A stretch of 64,000 nucleotides of DNA from an uncultured Prevotellaceae bacterium (GTDB lineage Bacteria; Bacteroidota; Bacteroidia; Bacteroidales; Bacteroidaceae), in the NCBI GenBank assembly GCA_902761905.1, contig CACWMK010000010.1, forward strand, positions 3,215-67,214, written 5' to 3'. How positions within the stretch are numbered: the first letter of the stretch is position 1; the number at the start of each line of letters is the position of its first letter. A model generated the notes under the pieces. That model saw nothing but the letters and a program-made list of their open reading frames with translations, did not search any database and had not been told where the DNA came from. The position numbers were made by a program, and so were the translations under genes. This document shows positions 26,604 through 38,900 of the stretch, in pieces.

Positions 26604-27763
26604 AGAATAGATATCTATACGTAACCCTGCTGGCGATGTTGGCACTCAGCTCGCAGGCACAGACAGAAAAGGGATCAGGGCCCAGGTTGGTAGTGAATAT
26701 CACTATCGACCAGCTAAGGAATGACTACCCCGCCCTGTTCGATGATGGTTGCGTATATGAACAAGGTTATTACCCGTACAGCCAGATTGACCTGTCGTCT
26801 GCCATTTCGTCAGTAGTGACAGGCACATCGCCATTTTATCACACCATTACTGCCGACAAATGGCTTGACAGGCACTCGTTACAGACCGTAACAGCCACCC
26901 CCAACGAAATCGCAGTATCAACCTTAGCCGACGAACTGAAGATTGGTACTAAAGGTGCAGGAAAAGTATGTGCCGTAGCCACAAAAAAAGAAACAGCCGC
27001 ATTGCTTTCTGGTCATAATGTCGACCGCATAATTTGGAACGATGACAAACGTAACAACTGGGATGCTATCAGCCTAACCGTCAAGGCATTGCAACTAGTA
27101 GTTGAAGAAAGACTTGGAAAAGACTCGATTCCTGATTTGCTATTCTTACAGTACGAGAAAGAAAATTACAAATCTGCTCTACAAAAGCTAGTTACTGAGA
27201 TTGAAAGTCTGATAGGCAAAGAGCATGCGCTGTTTGTGCTAACCTCGACTGGCTACGGCGAAGAGAATATCGATGAGTACGCGAAATATCACGTACCCAC
27301 AGGGGTATACTATATTAACCGCACGGCCAACCTGCTGAACATGTACTTGGGCGCGCTCTGGGGGCAAGGCAAGTATGTAGAGGGTACTTATCACAATCAA
27401 CTGTACCTGAATCATCAGCTGTTGGAACAGAAACGCATCACTCTATCCGACGCCACTCTGAAAGCAAAGGAGTTCTTGCTGCAGATGACAGGCGTAAAAC
27501 GCGTACAAACCCATCTATATGAGTCGCATATAGGCGATTTAGTAGTTGAGTTGGCACCTGGTTGGCAGATGCAGAACGACGACACTCACGAGCAGATACA
27601 GATAAAACAGCAACTTGCATATTTCCCAATCATATTTTATGGTGCAAATATCCCAGCCGAAAGGGTAAAGACACCTGTTAGCATCGAGCGTATTGCCCCT
27701 ACAATTTCGAAGGCAATCCGTATTCGTGCGCCTAATGCATGTATGGCTACACCTCTTTTTTAA
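26600..27763 (+). CDS. Alkaline phosphatase superfamily (PafA-like) protein, probably catalytically degenerate
   Basis: PRLVVNITIDQLR and TGTSP motifs; TSTG where TADHG is expected. Confidence 0.7.
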   Translation: MKNRYLYVTLLAMLALSSQAQTEKGSGPRLVVNITIDQLRNDYPALFDDGCVYEQGYYPYSQIDLSSAISSVVTGTSPFYHTITADKWLDRHSLQTVTATPNEIAVSTLADELKIGTKGAGKVCAVATKKETAALLSGHNVDRIIWNDDKRNNWDAISLTVKALQLVVEERLGKDSIPDLLFLQYEKENYKSALQKLVTEIESLIGKEHALFVLTSTGYGEENIDEYAKYHVPTGVYYINRTANLLNMYLGALWGQGKYVEGTYHNQLYLNHQLLEQKRITLSDATLKAKEFLLQMTGVKRVQTHLYESHIGDLVVELAPGWQMQNDDTHEQIQIKQQLAYFPIIFYGANIPAERVKTPVSIERIAPTISKAIRIRAPNACMATPLF

Positions 27764-27794
27764 TAAAAGGCTTGGTTGTTACAAATATTTTTTG

Positions 27795-27802
27795 TAATTT
27801 TG
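27795..27802 (+). promoter_or_regulatory. -7 element for secA
   Basis: TAATTTTG(CC). Confidence 0.6.
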
Positions 27803-27857
27803 CCGCCGTTTTAGAATCAGTCATACATAAACAATAAGTAAAAAAGTAAAATTAGAT

Positions 27858-30800
27858 ATGAATTTCAACAAATTTTTAAAGTCGCTGTTCGGTGACAAAT
27901 CCAGCCGCGACATGAAACTTATCCAGCCACTAGTAGAGCAGGTAAAGGCTGTTTACCCCGAGGTACAGAAGCTGGACAACGATGCTTTGCGTAATCGCAC
28001 AAAGACATTGCAGAAGCAGGTACAGGACTCAGCAAAAGAGCAGAAAGCCCGTATCGAAGAGTTAAAGGCAACTATCGAGAATACACCTATCGACGAGCGT
28101 GCCGATATCTTCGCTCAGATCGACAAGATCGAGAAGGAAGTATTGGATATCTACGAGAAGGCACTCGACGAGGTAATGCCAGAGGTTTTTGCCATTGTAA
28201 AGGAAACAGCACGCCGTTTTGCTGAAAACGAGGAGACCGTAGTTACAGCTACTGACTTCGACCGTGAATTGGCCGGCGACCCAAAGAAGGACTTCATCAC
28301 CATCGATGGTGATAAAGCCATCTATCATAATCACTGGACTGCAGGAGGCAACGACCTCAAGTGGGAAATGGTACACTACGACGTACAGCTGTTTGGTGGT
28401 GTTGTTCTGCATCAGGGTAAGATTGCCGAGATGGCAACTGGTGAAGGTAAGACGCTTGTGGCTACCCTGCCAGTATTCCTGAACGCACTGACCGGTAATG
28501 GTGTTCACGTAGTAACAGTGAACGACTATCTGGCCAAGCGTGACTCTGAGTGGATGGGTCCTCTCTATATGTTCCATGGCTTGAGCGTGGATTGTATCGA
28601 TAAGCATCAGCCAAACTCAGAGGCTCGCCGCAAGGCATATCAGGCAGATATCACATTCGGTACTAACAATGAGTTCGGTTTCGACTATCTGCGTGACAAC
28701 ATGGCAATATCTCCAGCCGACCTGGTGCAGCGCGCACATAACTATGCCATCGTCGACGAGGTCGACTCGGTATTGATCGACGATGCCCGTACACCTCTTA
28801 TTATATCAGGTCCTATCCCCAAGGGCGACGACCAGATGTTTGAGGAGTATCAGCCTTTGGTTGAGAAGCTGGTAGGTGTTCAGCGCCAATTGGCAACTCA
28901 GTATCTGGCTGATGCCAAGACACTGATTAGCGAAGGTAACAAGCTGATGGAGGCAGGCAACAAGAAAGAAGGTCAGGAGAAGCTGGATGCAGGATTCCTG
29001 TCGCTGTACCGTTCGCACAAGGCCATGCCAAAGAACAAACCTCTGATCAAGTTCCTCTCAGAGGAAGGTATCAAGGCTGGTATGCAGAATACTGAGAACA
29101 TCTACATGGAGAACAACAACCGTCGTATGCCAGAGTGTGTAGAGCCTCTGTATTTCGTGGTTGAAGAGAAGATGAACTCTTGCGACCTTACCGATAAGGG
29201 TACCGCATGGCTGGCTAAGCAGGTGAACGATAACGAACTGTTTGTTTTGCCCGATATCACAACCGAGCTCTCTGCACTGGAGGCTCAGGAAGGTTTGACC
29301 GATCAGGAGCGTCTGGACAAGAAAGACGAGCTGATGAGCCACTACGCCGTACAGAGCGAGCGTGTGCACACACTGCAGCAGCTACTTAAAGCTTACTGTA
29401 TGTTCAACAAGGATGATGAGTATGTTGTTATCGACGGCGAGGTTAAGATTGTTGACGAGCAGACTGGACGTATTATGGAGGGTCGCCGCTGGAGCGACGG
29501 TCTGCACCAGGCTGTTGAGGCCAAGGAGCACGTAAAGGTTGAGGCAGCCACACAGACATTCGCTACCATTACCCTGCAGAACTACTTCCGTATGTATCAC
29601 AAACTGTCGGGTATGACCGGTACAGCATCAACAGAGGCTGGTGAGTTCTGGGATATCTACAAGCTGGATGTGGTTGAGATTCCAACCAACCGTCCAGTGA
29701 TCCGTAACGACCAGGACGACCGTGTTTACAAGACCGCTCGCGAGAAGTACAAGGCTGTTATCGAGGAGGTTGTAAAGATGAGAAATCAGGGCCGTCCAAC
29801 ACTGATTGGTACCACATCGGTAGAGATATCAGAGTTGCTGAGCCGTATGCTTGATATGTATGTTAATCCTGAGACCGGTAAGCGCGAGGGTATCCCCCAC
29901 CAGGTGCTGAATGCTAAGCTGCACCAGAAGGAGGCCGACATCGTAGCACTGGCCGGACAGAGCACCAACGGTAAGGGTGCCGTAACCATCGCCACCAACA
30001 TGGCAGGTCGTGGTACCGATATCAAGCTGTCGCCCGAGGTTAAGGCCGCAGGTGGTCTGGCCATCATCGGTACAGAGCGTCACGAGAGCCGACGTGTAGA
30101 CCGCCAGCTGCGTGGTCGTGCCGGACGTCAGGGTGACCCAGGTTCATCAGTATTCTATGTATCACTCGAGGATAAGCTGATGCGTCTGTTCGCTTCTGAG
30201 CGTATCGCTTCGGTAATGGACCGTCTGGGATTCAAGGATGGCGAGATGATCGAGAGCCCAATGATTTCTAAGAGTATCGAGCGCGCACAGAAGAAGGTTG
30301 AGGAGAATAACTTCGGTATACGTAAGCGCTTGATCGAGTACGATGATGTGATGAACAAGCAGCGTACCGTAATCTACGAGAAACGTCGCCACGCCCTGAT
30401 GGGTGAGCGTATCGGTATGGATATCGCCAACATCATCTGGGACCGCGTAGTAAACATCATAGAGAACTCTGGCGACTATCAGGGTGTGAAGGAGGAGTTC
30501 CTGCACATACTCTCTATGGAGGTTCCATTCAGCAGCGACGAGTATCTGAACCAGCCACGTGAGGTGCTTACCGAGAACGCATTCCAGGCTGCTATCGGTA
30601 ACTTCAACCGCAGAACTGAGCGCATCCAGACCGTTGCCCAGCCTATCATCAAGCAGGTATACGAGACTCAGGGACAGATTTACGAGCGTATCATGGTGCC
30701 TCTGACCGACGGTCGTAAGATGTTCAACATCCCTTGTAACCTGAAGGAGGCTTACGAGAGCGACTGCAAGAGTATCGTGAAGGAGTTTGAGAAGAGCATC

Positions 30801-31250
30801 CTGCTGCATATCATCGACGATAGCTGGAAGGAGAACCTCCGTCAGCTTGACGAACTGAAGCACTCTGTACAGAATGCCAGCTACGAGCAGAAGGACCCAC
30901 TGCTGATTTTCAAACTCGAGAGTGCAAAGGTTTGGGACGAGATGATCAACGAAATGTACAACCGCATCTGCTCTATCCTGACACGTAGCGGTATCCCCGA
31001 GATGCAGCAGCAAGTACAGGAGGCAGCTCCTGAGCAGCACACTCAGCGTCAGCAGTACACCGAGAGCAAGCAGAACATCAGCGAGGAGCAGTTGGTCGAC
31101 CGCAATCAGCAGGCAGCAGTTCAGCACGACACACGTGCCCAGCAGAACCACGAGCCAATCGTAAAGGATAAGCTGCCCGGACGTAATGATCCATGTCCTT
31201 GCGGCTCAGGTAAGAAGTTTAAGAACTGTCACGGAAAAGGAATCGTGTGA
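27858..31250 (+). CDS. secA: Preprotein translocase ATPase SecA
   Basis: [36 protein letters not shown] and C-terminal [13 protein letters not shown]. Confidence 0.98.
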   Translation: MNFNKFLKSLFGDKSSRDMKLIQPLVEQVKAVYPEVQKLDNDALRNRTKTLQKQVQDSAKEQKARIEELKATIENTPIDERADIFAQIDKIEKEVLDIYEKALDEVMPEVFAIVKETARRFAENEETVVTATDFDRELAGDPKKDFITIDGDKAIYHNHWTAGGNDLKWEMVHYDVQLFGGVVLHQGKIAEMATGEGKTLVATLPVFLNALTGNGVHVVTVNDYLAKRDSEWMGPLYMFHGLSVDCIDKHQPNSEARRKAYQADITFGTNNEFGFDYLRDNMAISPADLVQRAHNYAIVDEVDSVLIDDARTPLIISGPIPKGDDQMFEEYQPLVEKLVGVQRQLATQYLADAKTLISEGNKLMEAGNKKEGQEKLDAGFLSLYRSHKAMPKNKPLIKFLSEEGIKAGMQNTENIYMENNNRRMPECVEPLYFVVEEKMNSCDLTDKGTAWLAKQVNDNELFVLPDITTELSALEAQEGLTDQERLDKKDELMSHYAVQSERVHTLQQLLKAYCMFNKDDEYVVIDGEVKIVDEQTGRIMEGRRWSDGLHQAVEAKEHVKVEAATQTFATITLQNYFRMYHKLSGMTGTASTEAGEFWDIYKLDVVEIPTNRPVIRNDQDDRVYKTAREKYKAVIEEVVKMRNQGRPTLIGTTSVEISELLSRMLDMYVNPETGKREGIPHQVLNAKLHQKEADIVALAGQSTNGKGAVTIATNMAGRGTDIKLSPEVKAAGGLAIIGTERHESRRVDRQLRGRAGRQGDPGSSVFYVSLEDKLMRLFASERIASVMDRLGFKDGEMIESPMISKSIERAQKKVEENNFGIRKRLIEYDDVMNKQRTVIYEKRRHALMGERIGMDIANIIWDRVVNIIENSGDYQGVKEEFLHILSMEVPFSSDEYLNQPREVLTENAFQAAIGNFNRRTERIQTVAQPIIKQVYETQGQIYERIMVPLTDGRKMFNIPCNLKEAYESDCKSIVKEFEKSILLHIIDDSWKENLRQLDELKHSVQNASYEQKDPLLIFKLESAKVWDEMINEMYNRICSILTRSGIPEMQQQVQEAAPEQHTQRQQYTESKQNISEEQLVDRNQQAAVQHDTRAQQNHEPIVKDKLPGRNDPCPCGSGKKFKNCHGKGIV

Positions 31251-31276
31251 CATTGAAGATTAAAGGCTGCGATTAA

Positions 31277-31326
31277 GCGAGAACAGAGCCAAGCTTGCTT
31301 GAGCTATGTCGAGCGTGAGCAGGCTC
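31277..31326. repeat. Prevotella-type extragenic palindromic sequence (tentative)
   Basis: GCGAGAACAGAGCCAAGCTTGCTTGAGCTATGTCGAGCG in the secA-ABC spacer; one copy in the window, resemblance recalled rather than searched. Confidence 0.4.
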
Positions 31327-31359
31327 AATACGAAGTATTAACATTAAACATTAAAGATT

Positions 31360-32061
31360 ATGATAACCATAACCAATTTGAAGAAAGCGTTTGGCAAGAC
31401 AGTTGCCTGTGACATCGAACAGTTCCAGGTAAATGATGGCGACATCCTTGGTCTTGTAGGTAATAACGGAGCCGGTAAGACTACACTCTTCCGCATGCTT
31501 TTAGACCTGCTGAAACCCGATGAGGGTGAAGTTGCGCTCGACGGCATCAACCCTGCACAGAGCGAAGAATGGAAGGCTAGCACCGGTTCGTACATTGATG
31601 AGGGATTTCTGATCGACTTCCTTACACCTGAGGAATACTTCGCCTTTATCGGCAAGATTACAAATATGACTCAGGCACAAGTAGACGAGAGACTGAAAGA
31701 CTTTGAGAAGTTGGCCGCTGGCGAGATTTTCGGACAGAAGAAACTGATACGTAACCTCTCGGCCGGTAACAAGCAGAAGGTAGGAATCATTTCCGCCCTG
31801 TTCAATCACCCCAAGCTGGTGATTCTTGATGAGCCATTCAACTTCCTCGACCCATCGAGCCAGAACACGCTTAAGCACGTGCTGACTGACTACAACAAGC
31901 AGACAGGCGCTACCATTCTGGTTTCAAGTCATAACCTGGCACACACCATCGACATCTCTACACGCATAGCGCTGCTGGAGAAAGGTCATATTGTTAGCGA
32001 TTTGCCAAATGCCGACGGAAGTGCCAAAGCTGAGCTCGAGAACTACTTTGAGACAGAATAA
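31360..32061 (+). CDS. ABC transporter ATP-binding protein
   Basis: GNNGAGKT, LSAGNKQK and ILDEP motifs. Confidence 0.9.
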   Translation: MITITNLKKAFGKTVACDIEQFQVNDGDILGLVGNNGAGKTTLFRMLLDLLKPDEGEVALDGINPAQSEEWKASTGSYIDEGFLIDFLTPEEYFAFIGKITNMTQAQVDERLKDFEKLAAGEIFGQKKLIRNLSAGNKQKVGIISALFNHPKLVILDEPFNFLDPSSQNTLKHVLTDYNKQTGATILVSSHNLAHTIDISTRIALLEKGHIVSDLPNADGSAKAELENYFETE

Positions 32062-32088
32062 CCTATCATCATTTTTAGGTATTTTATA

Positions 32089-32128
32089 AAACTTGCGACT
32101 CTTTGCAATCGAGTTGCAAGTTTTTTTT
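32089..32128 (+). terminator. Intrinsic terminator
   Basis: AAACTTGCGACTC...GAGTTGCAAGTTT followed by a T run. Confidence 0.8.
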
Positions 32129-32130
32129 AT

Positions 32131-32138
32131 TACCTTTG
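32131..32138 (+). promoter_or_regulatory. -7 element for feoB
   Basis: TACCTTTG(CA). Confidence 0.6.
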
Positions 32139-32157
32139 CACTCAAAATCAAAGAGTT

Positions 32158-34569
32158 ATGAAACTTTCGGAACTGAAAACAGGAGAAAAAGGCATAATAG
32201 TTAAGGTGCTGGGACACGGTGGATTCCGTAAACGCATCATCGAAATGGGATTTATCCGCGGACAAGAAGTCGAGGTATTATTAAATGCTCCACTACAAGA
32301 TCCCGTGAAGTATAAACTGATGGGATATGAGGTCAGTCTGCGACATCAGGAGGCCGACAATATCGAGGTTGTATCAGCCGATACCCCATTCGAGGCAACT
32401 TCATTTAATAATCTTGCAACTGACAATAATCGTCACGAAGACGACTATATACGCCACGAGGCAATGAAAGAGCGTCGTACCATCAATGTGGCACTGGTTG
32501 GTAATCCCAACTGCGGTAAGACTTCACTGTTTAATTATGCATCAGGTGCACACGGTCATGTGGGCAACTATTCGGGTGTAACTGTTGATGCCACCGAAGC
32601 ACATGCATCGATGTTCGGATATGAGTTTAACCTTACCGACCTCCCAGGCACATATTCGCTTTCATGCTATTCGCCCGAAGAACTGTATGTTCGTGAGCAT
32701 CTGACAGAAAAAATGCCCGATGTAGTAATTAACGTCATCGACTCGTCGAACCTGGAGCGTAACTTGTATCTAACCACTCAGCTGGTTGATATGAACATAC
32801 GCATGGTGTGTGCACTCAATATGTATGACGAGTTTGAGCGTCGTGGCGACCATGTGAATATCGACACTCTTAGTACTCTGTTTGGTACACCAATGATACC
32901 AACTTCTTTTAAAAATGGTATGGGCGTAAAGGAATTGTTCCGTGCAGTGATTCAGGTTTATGAGGGCACCAGTAAGTTCTCGCGCCATCTGCACATCAAC
33001 TACGGCCATGAGATTGAGGATGGCATTTCACATATTCAGAAGTATCTGAAGGCCGACGAGCACATCACCCAGCACTACTCTACCCGATATCTGTCACTGA
33101 AACTATTGGAGCACGATAGTCAGGTTTTGGATTATCTTGGCACACATATGGCTGGCGAACAACGTATACAAGACTTCCATCACCTGGCCACTGAGCGCGA
33201 CAAAGCCTCAGCACGTGTAAAAGAGGAAACAGGTAGCGACTCTGAGACAGCAATTATGGACGCCAAGTATGGTTTCATCAATGGAGCACTAAAGGAGGCA
33301 GAATACAAGACCGGTCATAAGAAGGATACATATAAGATGACCCATAGAATAGACCGGTTATTGTCGCACAAGTATTTGGGGTTCCCTATCTTCTTCTTTC
33401 TTCTTTATATTATGTTCCAAACTACTTTTTCACTCGGCCAATATCCTATGGACTGGATAGAGGAAGGTGTAGCATGGCTTGGTGAGAAGATTAGCGATGG
33501 TATGAACGACGGCCCACTGAAGGCGATGCTGGTTGATGGCGTTATCGGCGGTGTAGGCAGTGTGATTGTTTTCCTGCCGCAGATACTGATACTATACTTC
33601 TTTATCTCACTGATGGAAGATTCAGGATATATGGCACGTGCTGCATTTATCATGGACAAACTGATGCACAAGATGGGACTGCACGGAAAGTCATTTATCC
33701 CACTTATCATGGGATTTGGATGCAATGTTCCTGCCGTGATGGCAACACGTACTATCGAAAGTCGCAGGTCGCGTATCATCACTATGATGATTCTACCATT
33801 CATGTCGTGCTCTGCCCGTCTACCTATCTATATTATGATAGCCGGAACATTTTTCTCGCTGCAATATCGCTCATGGGTATTGCTTTCGCTATATGCTATA
33901 GGTATCGTGGTATCAGTAATCGTAAGCAAGATATTCTCATCATTAGTTATCAAAGGTGAAGACACTCCATTCGTAATGGAACTGCCACCATATCGATGGC
34001 CAACACCTAAGGCTATCTGGCGACACACCTGGGAGAAAGGCAAAGAGTATCTTAAGAAGATGGGAGGAATAATCCTCGTGGCCAGCATAATAGTATGGGC
34101 ACTCGGTTATTTCCCACATAACGAGAGTATTCCACAAGAACAACAACAGGAACAGAGTTATATTGGACGTATGGGTAAAGCCATCGAACCAATATTCGCT
34201 CCTCAGGGATTCAACTGGAAACTTGATGTATCATTGCTTGCAGGTGTTGGAGCAAAAGAAATTGTTGCATCTACTATCGGCGTACTATACAGCGGTGACG
34301 ACTCATTTGGCGACGATGAAGAATTTAGCGATGATGCTGAAAAATATACCCGCTTGCGCCAGATTATGCTACAGGAAGGAATAACACCGCTGGCAGCTTA
34401 TGCCTATCTGATATTTATATTGTTATACTTCCCATGTATTGCCACTATTGCAGCCATCAAAAACGAGACCGGTTCGTGGCGCTGGGCATGCTTTGCTGCT
34501 GTCTACACTACAGTTGTGGCATGGGTAGTAAGTATGCTAGTATTCCAGATTGGAAGCATGCTAATTTAA
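32158..34569 (+). CDS. feoB: Ferrous iron transporter FeoB with a fused N-terminal FeoA domain
   Basis: FeoA domain (LSEL..GEKG...RIIEMG); GNPNCGKT, DLPG and LNMYD GTPase motifs; GFGCNVP and YFPC gates. Confidence 0.95.
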   Translation: MKLSELKTGEKGIIVKVLGHGGFRKRIIEMGFIRGQEVEVLLNAPLQDPVKYKLMGYEVSLRHQEADNIEVVSADTPFEATSFNNLATDNNRHEDDYIRHEAMKERRTINVALVGNPNCGKTSLFNYASGAHGHVGNYSGVTVDATEAHASMFGYEFNLTDLPGTYSLSCYSPEELYVREHLTEKMPDVVINVIDSSNLERNLYLTTQLVDMNIRMVCALNMYDEFERRGDHVNIDTLSTLFGTPMIPTSFKNGMGVKELFRAVIQVYEGTSKFSRHLHINYGHEIEDGISHIQKYLKADEHITQHYSTRYLSLKLLEHDSQVLDYLGTHMAGEQRIQDFHHLATERDKASARVKEETGSDSETAIMDAKYGFINGALKEAEYKTGHKKDTYKMTHRIDRLLSHKYLGFPIFFFLLYIMFQTTFSLGQYPMDWIEEGVAWLGEKISDGMNDGPLKAMLVDGVIGGVGSVIVFLPQILILYFFISLMEDSGYMARAAFIMDKLMHKMGLHGKSFIPLIMGFGCNVPAVMATRTIESRRSRIITMMILPFMSCSARLPIYIMIAGTFFSLQYRSWVLLSLYAIGIVVSVIVSKIFSSLVIKGEDTPFVMELPPYRWPTPKAIWRHTWEKGKEYLKKMGGIILVASIIVWALGYFPHNESIPQEQQQEQSYIGRMGKAIEPIFAPQGFNWKLDVSLLAGVGAKEIVASTIGVLYSGDDSFGDDEEFSDDAEKYTRLRQIMLQEGITPLAAYAYLIFILLYFPCIATIAAIKNETGSWRWACFAAVYTTVVAWVVSMLVFQIGSMLI

Positions 34570-34576
34570 TAAGATT

Positions 34577-34618
34577 TGCAAAGTACCTAGAGAACATTTT
34601 TTCTTTAGGTACTTTGCA
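34577..34618. terminator. Long hairpin between convergent genes
   Basis: Perfect 13-bp arms TGCAAAGTACCTA/TAGGTACTTTGCA. Confidence 0.7.
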
Positions 34619-34642
34619 TTTGAAAACTAGTTAAAGAAAAAA

Positions 34643-35248
34643 CTATCCGAATACAAAACGTAATGATGCATAGAATTGGATAGCAAAAATGTAAATTATT
34701 ACAAGTGAAGCGCCTTGCCGTATTCCATAGGAGAGGATGTCAATGATGTCCTCTCCTTTTTTTTTATGTCCCGACATCATAGCGAAGACAATCGAAAACA
34801 AGGTAACACCAAAGCATATAATGGGTAAAATGCTACGACTAAAGGCCGAAGGAAAAAGACTACCCTTGACAGAGAGAAGAATGGCATGGGGCATAATGGT
34901 GAGCATGCAGATAACAATAGCGTAGAGTAAAACAAATACGCTAGCTACACGTAATGCCAGACGATCACGAAAGGATATCTTGCCTTTACTACCCAAAAGT
35001 GGTATCACCCCACTCTGCTGTATGCTTCCACATGCTATAAGCATAAGCAATAGCCAAGCTAACAGAGGACTGGCAACAATATCGGAAAAACCACCAACAA
35101 ACCAGCGAATACCCTCTGACGACAACATGGAGCGCACGCCTTCGAGTCGCAATGCAGAAAGCAACCACGACACGATGACCAACACGCCCTCGGCCACCAA
35201 AAGCACCATGCACAATCGGCTACTCTTCATCAGCTTCCAGGTTATCAA
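34643..35248 (-). CDS. Membrane protein (short AbgT-like family)
   Basis: About five hydrophobic segments; VRSMLSSEGIRWF motif resembles the AbgT N-terminus. Confidence 0.6.
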   Translation of the reverse strand: MITWKLMKSSRLCMVLLVAEGVLVIVSWLLSALRLEGVRSMLSSEGIRWFVGGFSDIVASPLLAWLLLMLIACGSIQQSGVIPLLGSKGKISFRDRLALRVASVFVLLYAIVICMLTIMPHAILLSVKGSLFPSAFSRSILPIICFGVTLFSIVFAMMSGHKKKGEDIIDILSYGIRQGASLVIIYIFAIQFYASLRFVFG

Positions 35249-35939
35249 TATCGAGTATACGTAACTCTAGTGCACGTACTACAAGACGTGTGGCATTAAT
35301 ACCACCAGTACCATCTGGGAAGAGTTTTTGGATGAGTTCATTTTGACGTTTCTCAAGACTCTTAACACCAAATGGCATACCACGTAGGTTAGTAATCTGC
35401 TCCTTAGTATAGCCAAGTGCCAGATGACGCAGGAATCGCTCATCGTACTCATCAATCTCATAGTTAACCAGCGCCTCTTGTTTCACAAGTTCGCCACTAA
35501 CGGCACGCTTGAAGCGCTCAACTATCTTCTCGAGTATAGGTTCATTGAACACTAACTGTTTACCGTCCATAACAGCAGAAACATCACGACGTGTAAGGAG
35601 CTCGCCAGTCTTAAGAATAATACCATCAGCACCAGCATCAAGCACATCCACCCAAAGTTTCTCGTTCAAGATTTCGCCTGTGAAGATAAGCACTTTTACA
35701 TCAGGATATGTCTCCTTAGTGTGACGACATATCTCTACACCAACAGTAGTAGAACCTCCTAGACCTAAATCTAGCAACACAAGGTCTGGCACCTGCTGCT
35801 TAATCAGTCGCCAGAAGGCTTGCTCGTTCTCAGCTGTCCCAATAACCTCGGCCTCAGGGATATCACTTTTTATAATTCCGAGTGTGCCCTTTAGTTCCAG
35901 GGGTACATCCTCTACTATTATTACTTTGAATTTTTCCAT
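35220..35939 (-). CDS. Response regulator (REC plus HTH; DUF5932-like)
   Basis: Start trimmed to MEKFKVIIVED. Phosphoacceptor in LVLLDLG, FTG, ADGIILK; LuxR-like C-terminus. Confidence 0.85.
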   Translation of the reverse strand: MEKFKVIIVEDVPLELKGTLGIIKSDIPEAEVIGTAENEQAFWRLIKQQVPDLVLLDLGLGGSTTVGVEICRHTKETYPDVKVLIFTGEILNEKLWVDVLDAGADGIILKTGELLTRRDVSAVMDGKQLVFNEPILEKIVERFKRAVSGELVKQEALVNYEIDEYDERFLRHLALGYTKEQITNLRGMPFGVKSLEKRQNELIQKLFPDGTGGINATRLVVRALELRILDIDNLEADEE

Positions 35940-38900
35940 ACGCTTGGTAATGTTATAATCATATATGTTGTATTTTCTTGAATAGTGGCGTATATACCGC
36001 AACCACGACGGTTAGTTGCCTCACCTAAGTCACGCACAATCTGACGACATAGCAGATATGGCAGATGATCTTTAGTCGGAGTAAACAGGTTGGCAGCCTC
36101 AGCCTCATTCAGTTTGAGCTCCGGCATGGGGACACGTACCTCAACATATCCGCGCTCGCGTTTTGTATATTCTGGTTGCAACTTACTTCCAGCTAACTTA
36201 CGAAGTATATCAAAGAGGTAGCGCACGAGCGTCTCATCGCCAAGGATATCGTCGTGCAAAGGTTTCAGATGCAGTCGGGTACGTTCGGTCTGGCGCAAAG
36301 CCTGCTGACTGAGCACTCCATATAGTTCTCGATAATATGTAGTAACCTCGCTAAGTGACTCCATATCACCGTTGTCTAGCAGTTGCTGAATGCGTGAAGG
36401 ATAATACATCGTTTCGTGCTTAAGTGCCGACAGACAATTGTCTAGTACAGCATTAGATACGTGCAGGTTACTATCTTCCAACTCTGCGCGATGCAGTTCA
36501 TCATCTAGCATTTCCAGATCATTTATACGTTGCTGTTCTCGCACAAATCTATCATAAAGACGATGGCGGTAGTACAACAGATAATATGCTGGTATAATAG
36601 ATATCATAAGCAATACCAGCATGATAATAGCAATTGTCTTATTGGTTTGCGATTGTTGCATGGTACTACAATACTCACCAAGTGTAACGTCAGCCGACAT
36701 TTCCTTAAACAACTGTGTATAGATTCGGTTGTTGTAGCTATACAACTGCCACTCATGCAGTGCCAAAGCAGCAACTGCACTCTCGTTACGGATATCAAGA
36801 ATAATATGATAGTTGGTCTTGATACTATCGTGATACCACTTAATCTCAGGTGCCATCAGTGACAGATTTCCCATCGGTCGCATCAGATATCGGCCACGGG
36901 GTACCTGATTTAGATAATGCTTGTTAAGGTAATATCTACACGAATCAGCAAAAACAAGCGTGCGCTCGTATTCTCCATTAATGTTACAGAAATAGGCAGA
37001 ATCTGAATAGATACTTGCCATACCCAGATTGTCTATCTCGTCAGGTTGAGCCTGCATTTGTATAGGCACAAGACACAACAGAGCTATAACAATGCGGGCA
37101 ATACCTTTAGGCAGGCGAAAGTACAGACGCGAGCCTTTGCCAAGTGTACTTGTGGCGCCGATTTTACAAACAGAGAATATCTGGCTGATTTTGCGATATT
37201 TCTCAATTATCCCCTTACAATTAAGCAAGCCAAAACCATGACCTTCAACTATCTTATGATCAAAAAGATGTTCTAGCTGTTCTTCGGTCATTCCACTTCC
37301 TGTATCTTCAACAGAGATTTCAACATAATCAGCAGTCTGTGTGGCAGAAACGTCAACCCTCCCCTCACAATCGGTAAACTTACGTGCATTGTCGGCAAGA
37401 GTGTTCAACATAAATAACGTAAGCACACGGTCGGCTTTTACTACAGCATCGGTGGTTTCCACATTTAGTTCTACACCCTTCATCTGGAAAGATGTTCGTC
37501 CCTTATGCAGCACATCAAACAATGGCTGTAATGGGAAACTCTCAATATGCAGACTAAGTTCTCCCTGACGCAATTGAATCCAATAAGTAAGCACATCGTT
37601 ATACGAATTTATCTGATTGATAAGTTCGCGTATATATGCAAGACGCTCTTCACGATCAGGTACATCATTCTGTAGTCGAGCAACTTCATGTATCATTCTA
37701 TCGATGAAAGGAGTAATGTTGCATACCAACGATACTTTCGCACGTTGCTCAAGATTGTGTCGTTCATTATTCTCAACCTGCAAAATCTGCGCAGCAAGTT
37801 GTTCACTCTTTTGCTCGAATGTATTATCAGGCTCATCATTTTTAGTCTGCTTCTTGTTCAGATAGTTAAACAGCCACAACGAGAATAGTAACAGCACTAT
37901 AGCCACAACTACAGCTATAAGCATAATGTTAAGTTGCGACAATTGTCGCTCATACTGATATGCACGTGCCTCAAGTTGACGATCCTGGCGTGTTGTTTCC
38001 TGCAAATCCAGATACAAATTTCGATTCTCGTCGCTCTGTTGTTTGTCATCTATAGCAGCATAAGCCACACTAAGCTGCTCGCGAATTGATGCAACCAGAT
38101 CAGGAGCCTGATTGATAATACTGTCCGATAATGCTTGCTCCAGGTTATAAAGAGCCGACCGATAGTCGCCTATTTGGCGATAGCACGAGGCCAGCGTACG
38201 ATATGCTCCGGCTATCTGATACACATCACCATAACGTTCAAATATACTCAAAGCATTTTCTGCCAGGAATACTGGCAACATCTCATCATCAACACCTACT
38301 GGATTTATAAACTTCATTGCCGGGAGATTGTCTTCTGTAAGTTGTTGACGATAATCTGGGTCCATCAGATGTTCAGACAGGGCCTCTAGAGCATTTGCTG
38401 CAAAATAAGGGTAATCGCCCTTACGCGCCGTAAGGAAACAGCGCATCAGTTTATCAAACTCCTGCTGGTTTATCTCTTGTTGCGTACCTTGGGTAATAAT
38501 ACCTCCTGCACCAATATTATAGAGGTAATTAAGATACTGCGCAGTATCACGTTGAACCTCTTCTGGATTGATAGCTCCGAGTGCTTCTATCGACTGCTGT
38601 TCCAAACCTACATAATAATAGTAAGTAGAATTTACGATAGCGTACTCCGTTTCAGCATACAGCAATTGCTTCAAGTCGCGCTCATTTAGCTGGTCACGTT
38701 CCTCATAAATACGGCGCAAAGTACGGTTGGCCATTTCGCGAAACTCATGAAACTCGCGATTACGCGAACGGCGCTGACATAGTCGCATCTGCTGTACGTA
38801 GGCTATCAGCTGCTGCAGCTGATTATCGGTAGTCTCAACGGCTTCGTTAAGTTGTCGTTCTGCATCATCGTAACGCATACGTACGATGTTTACAAATGCC

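Noticed and set aside
32158-32390. FeoA-FeoB fusion as a novelty
   Set aside because: This fusion is common in Bacteroidetes.
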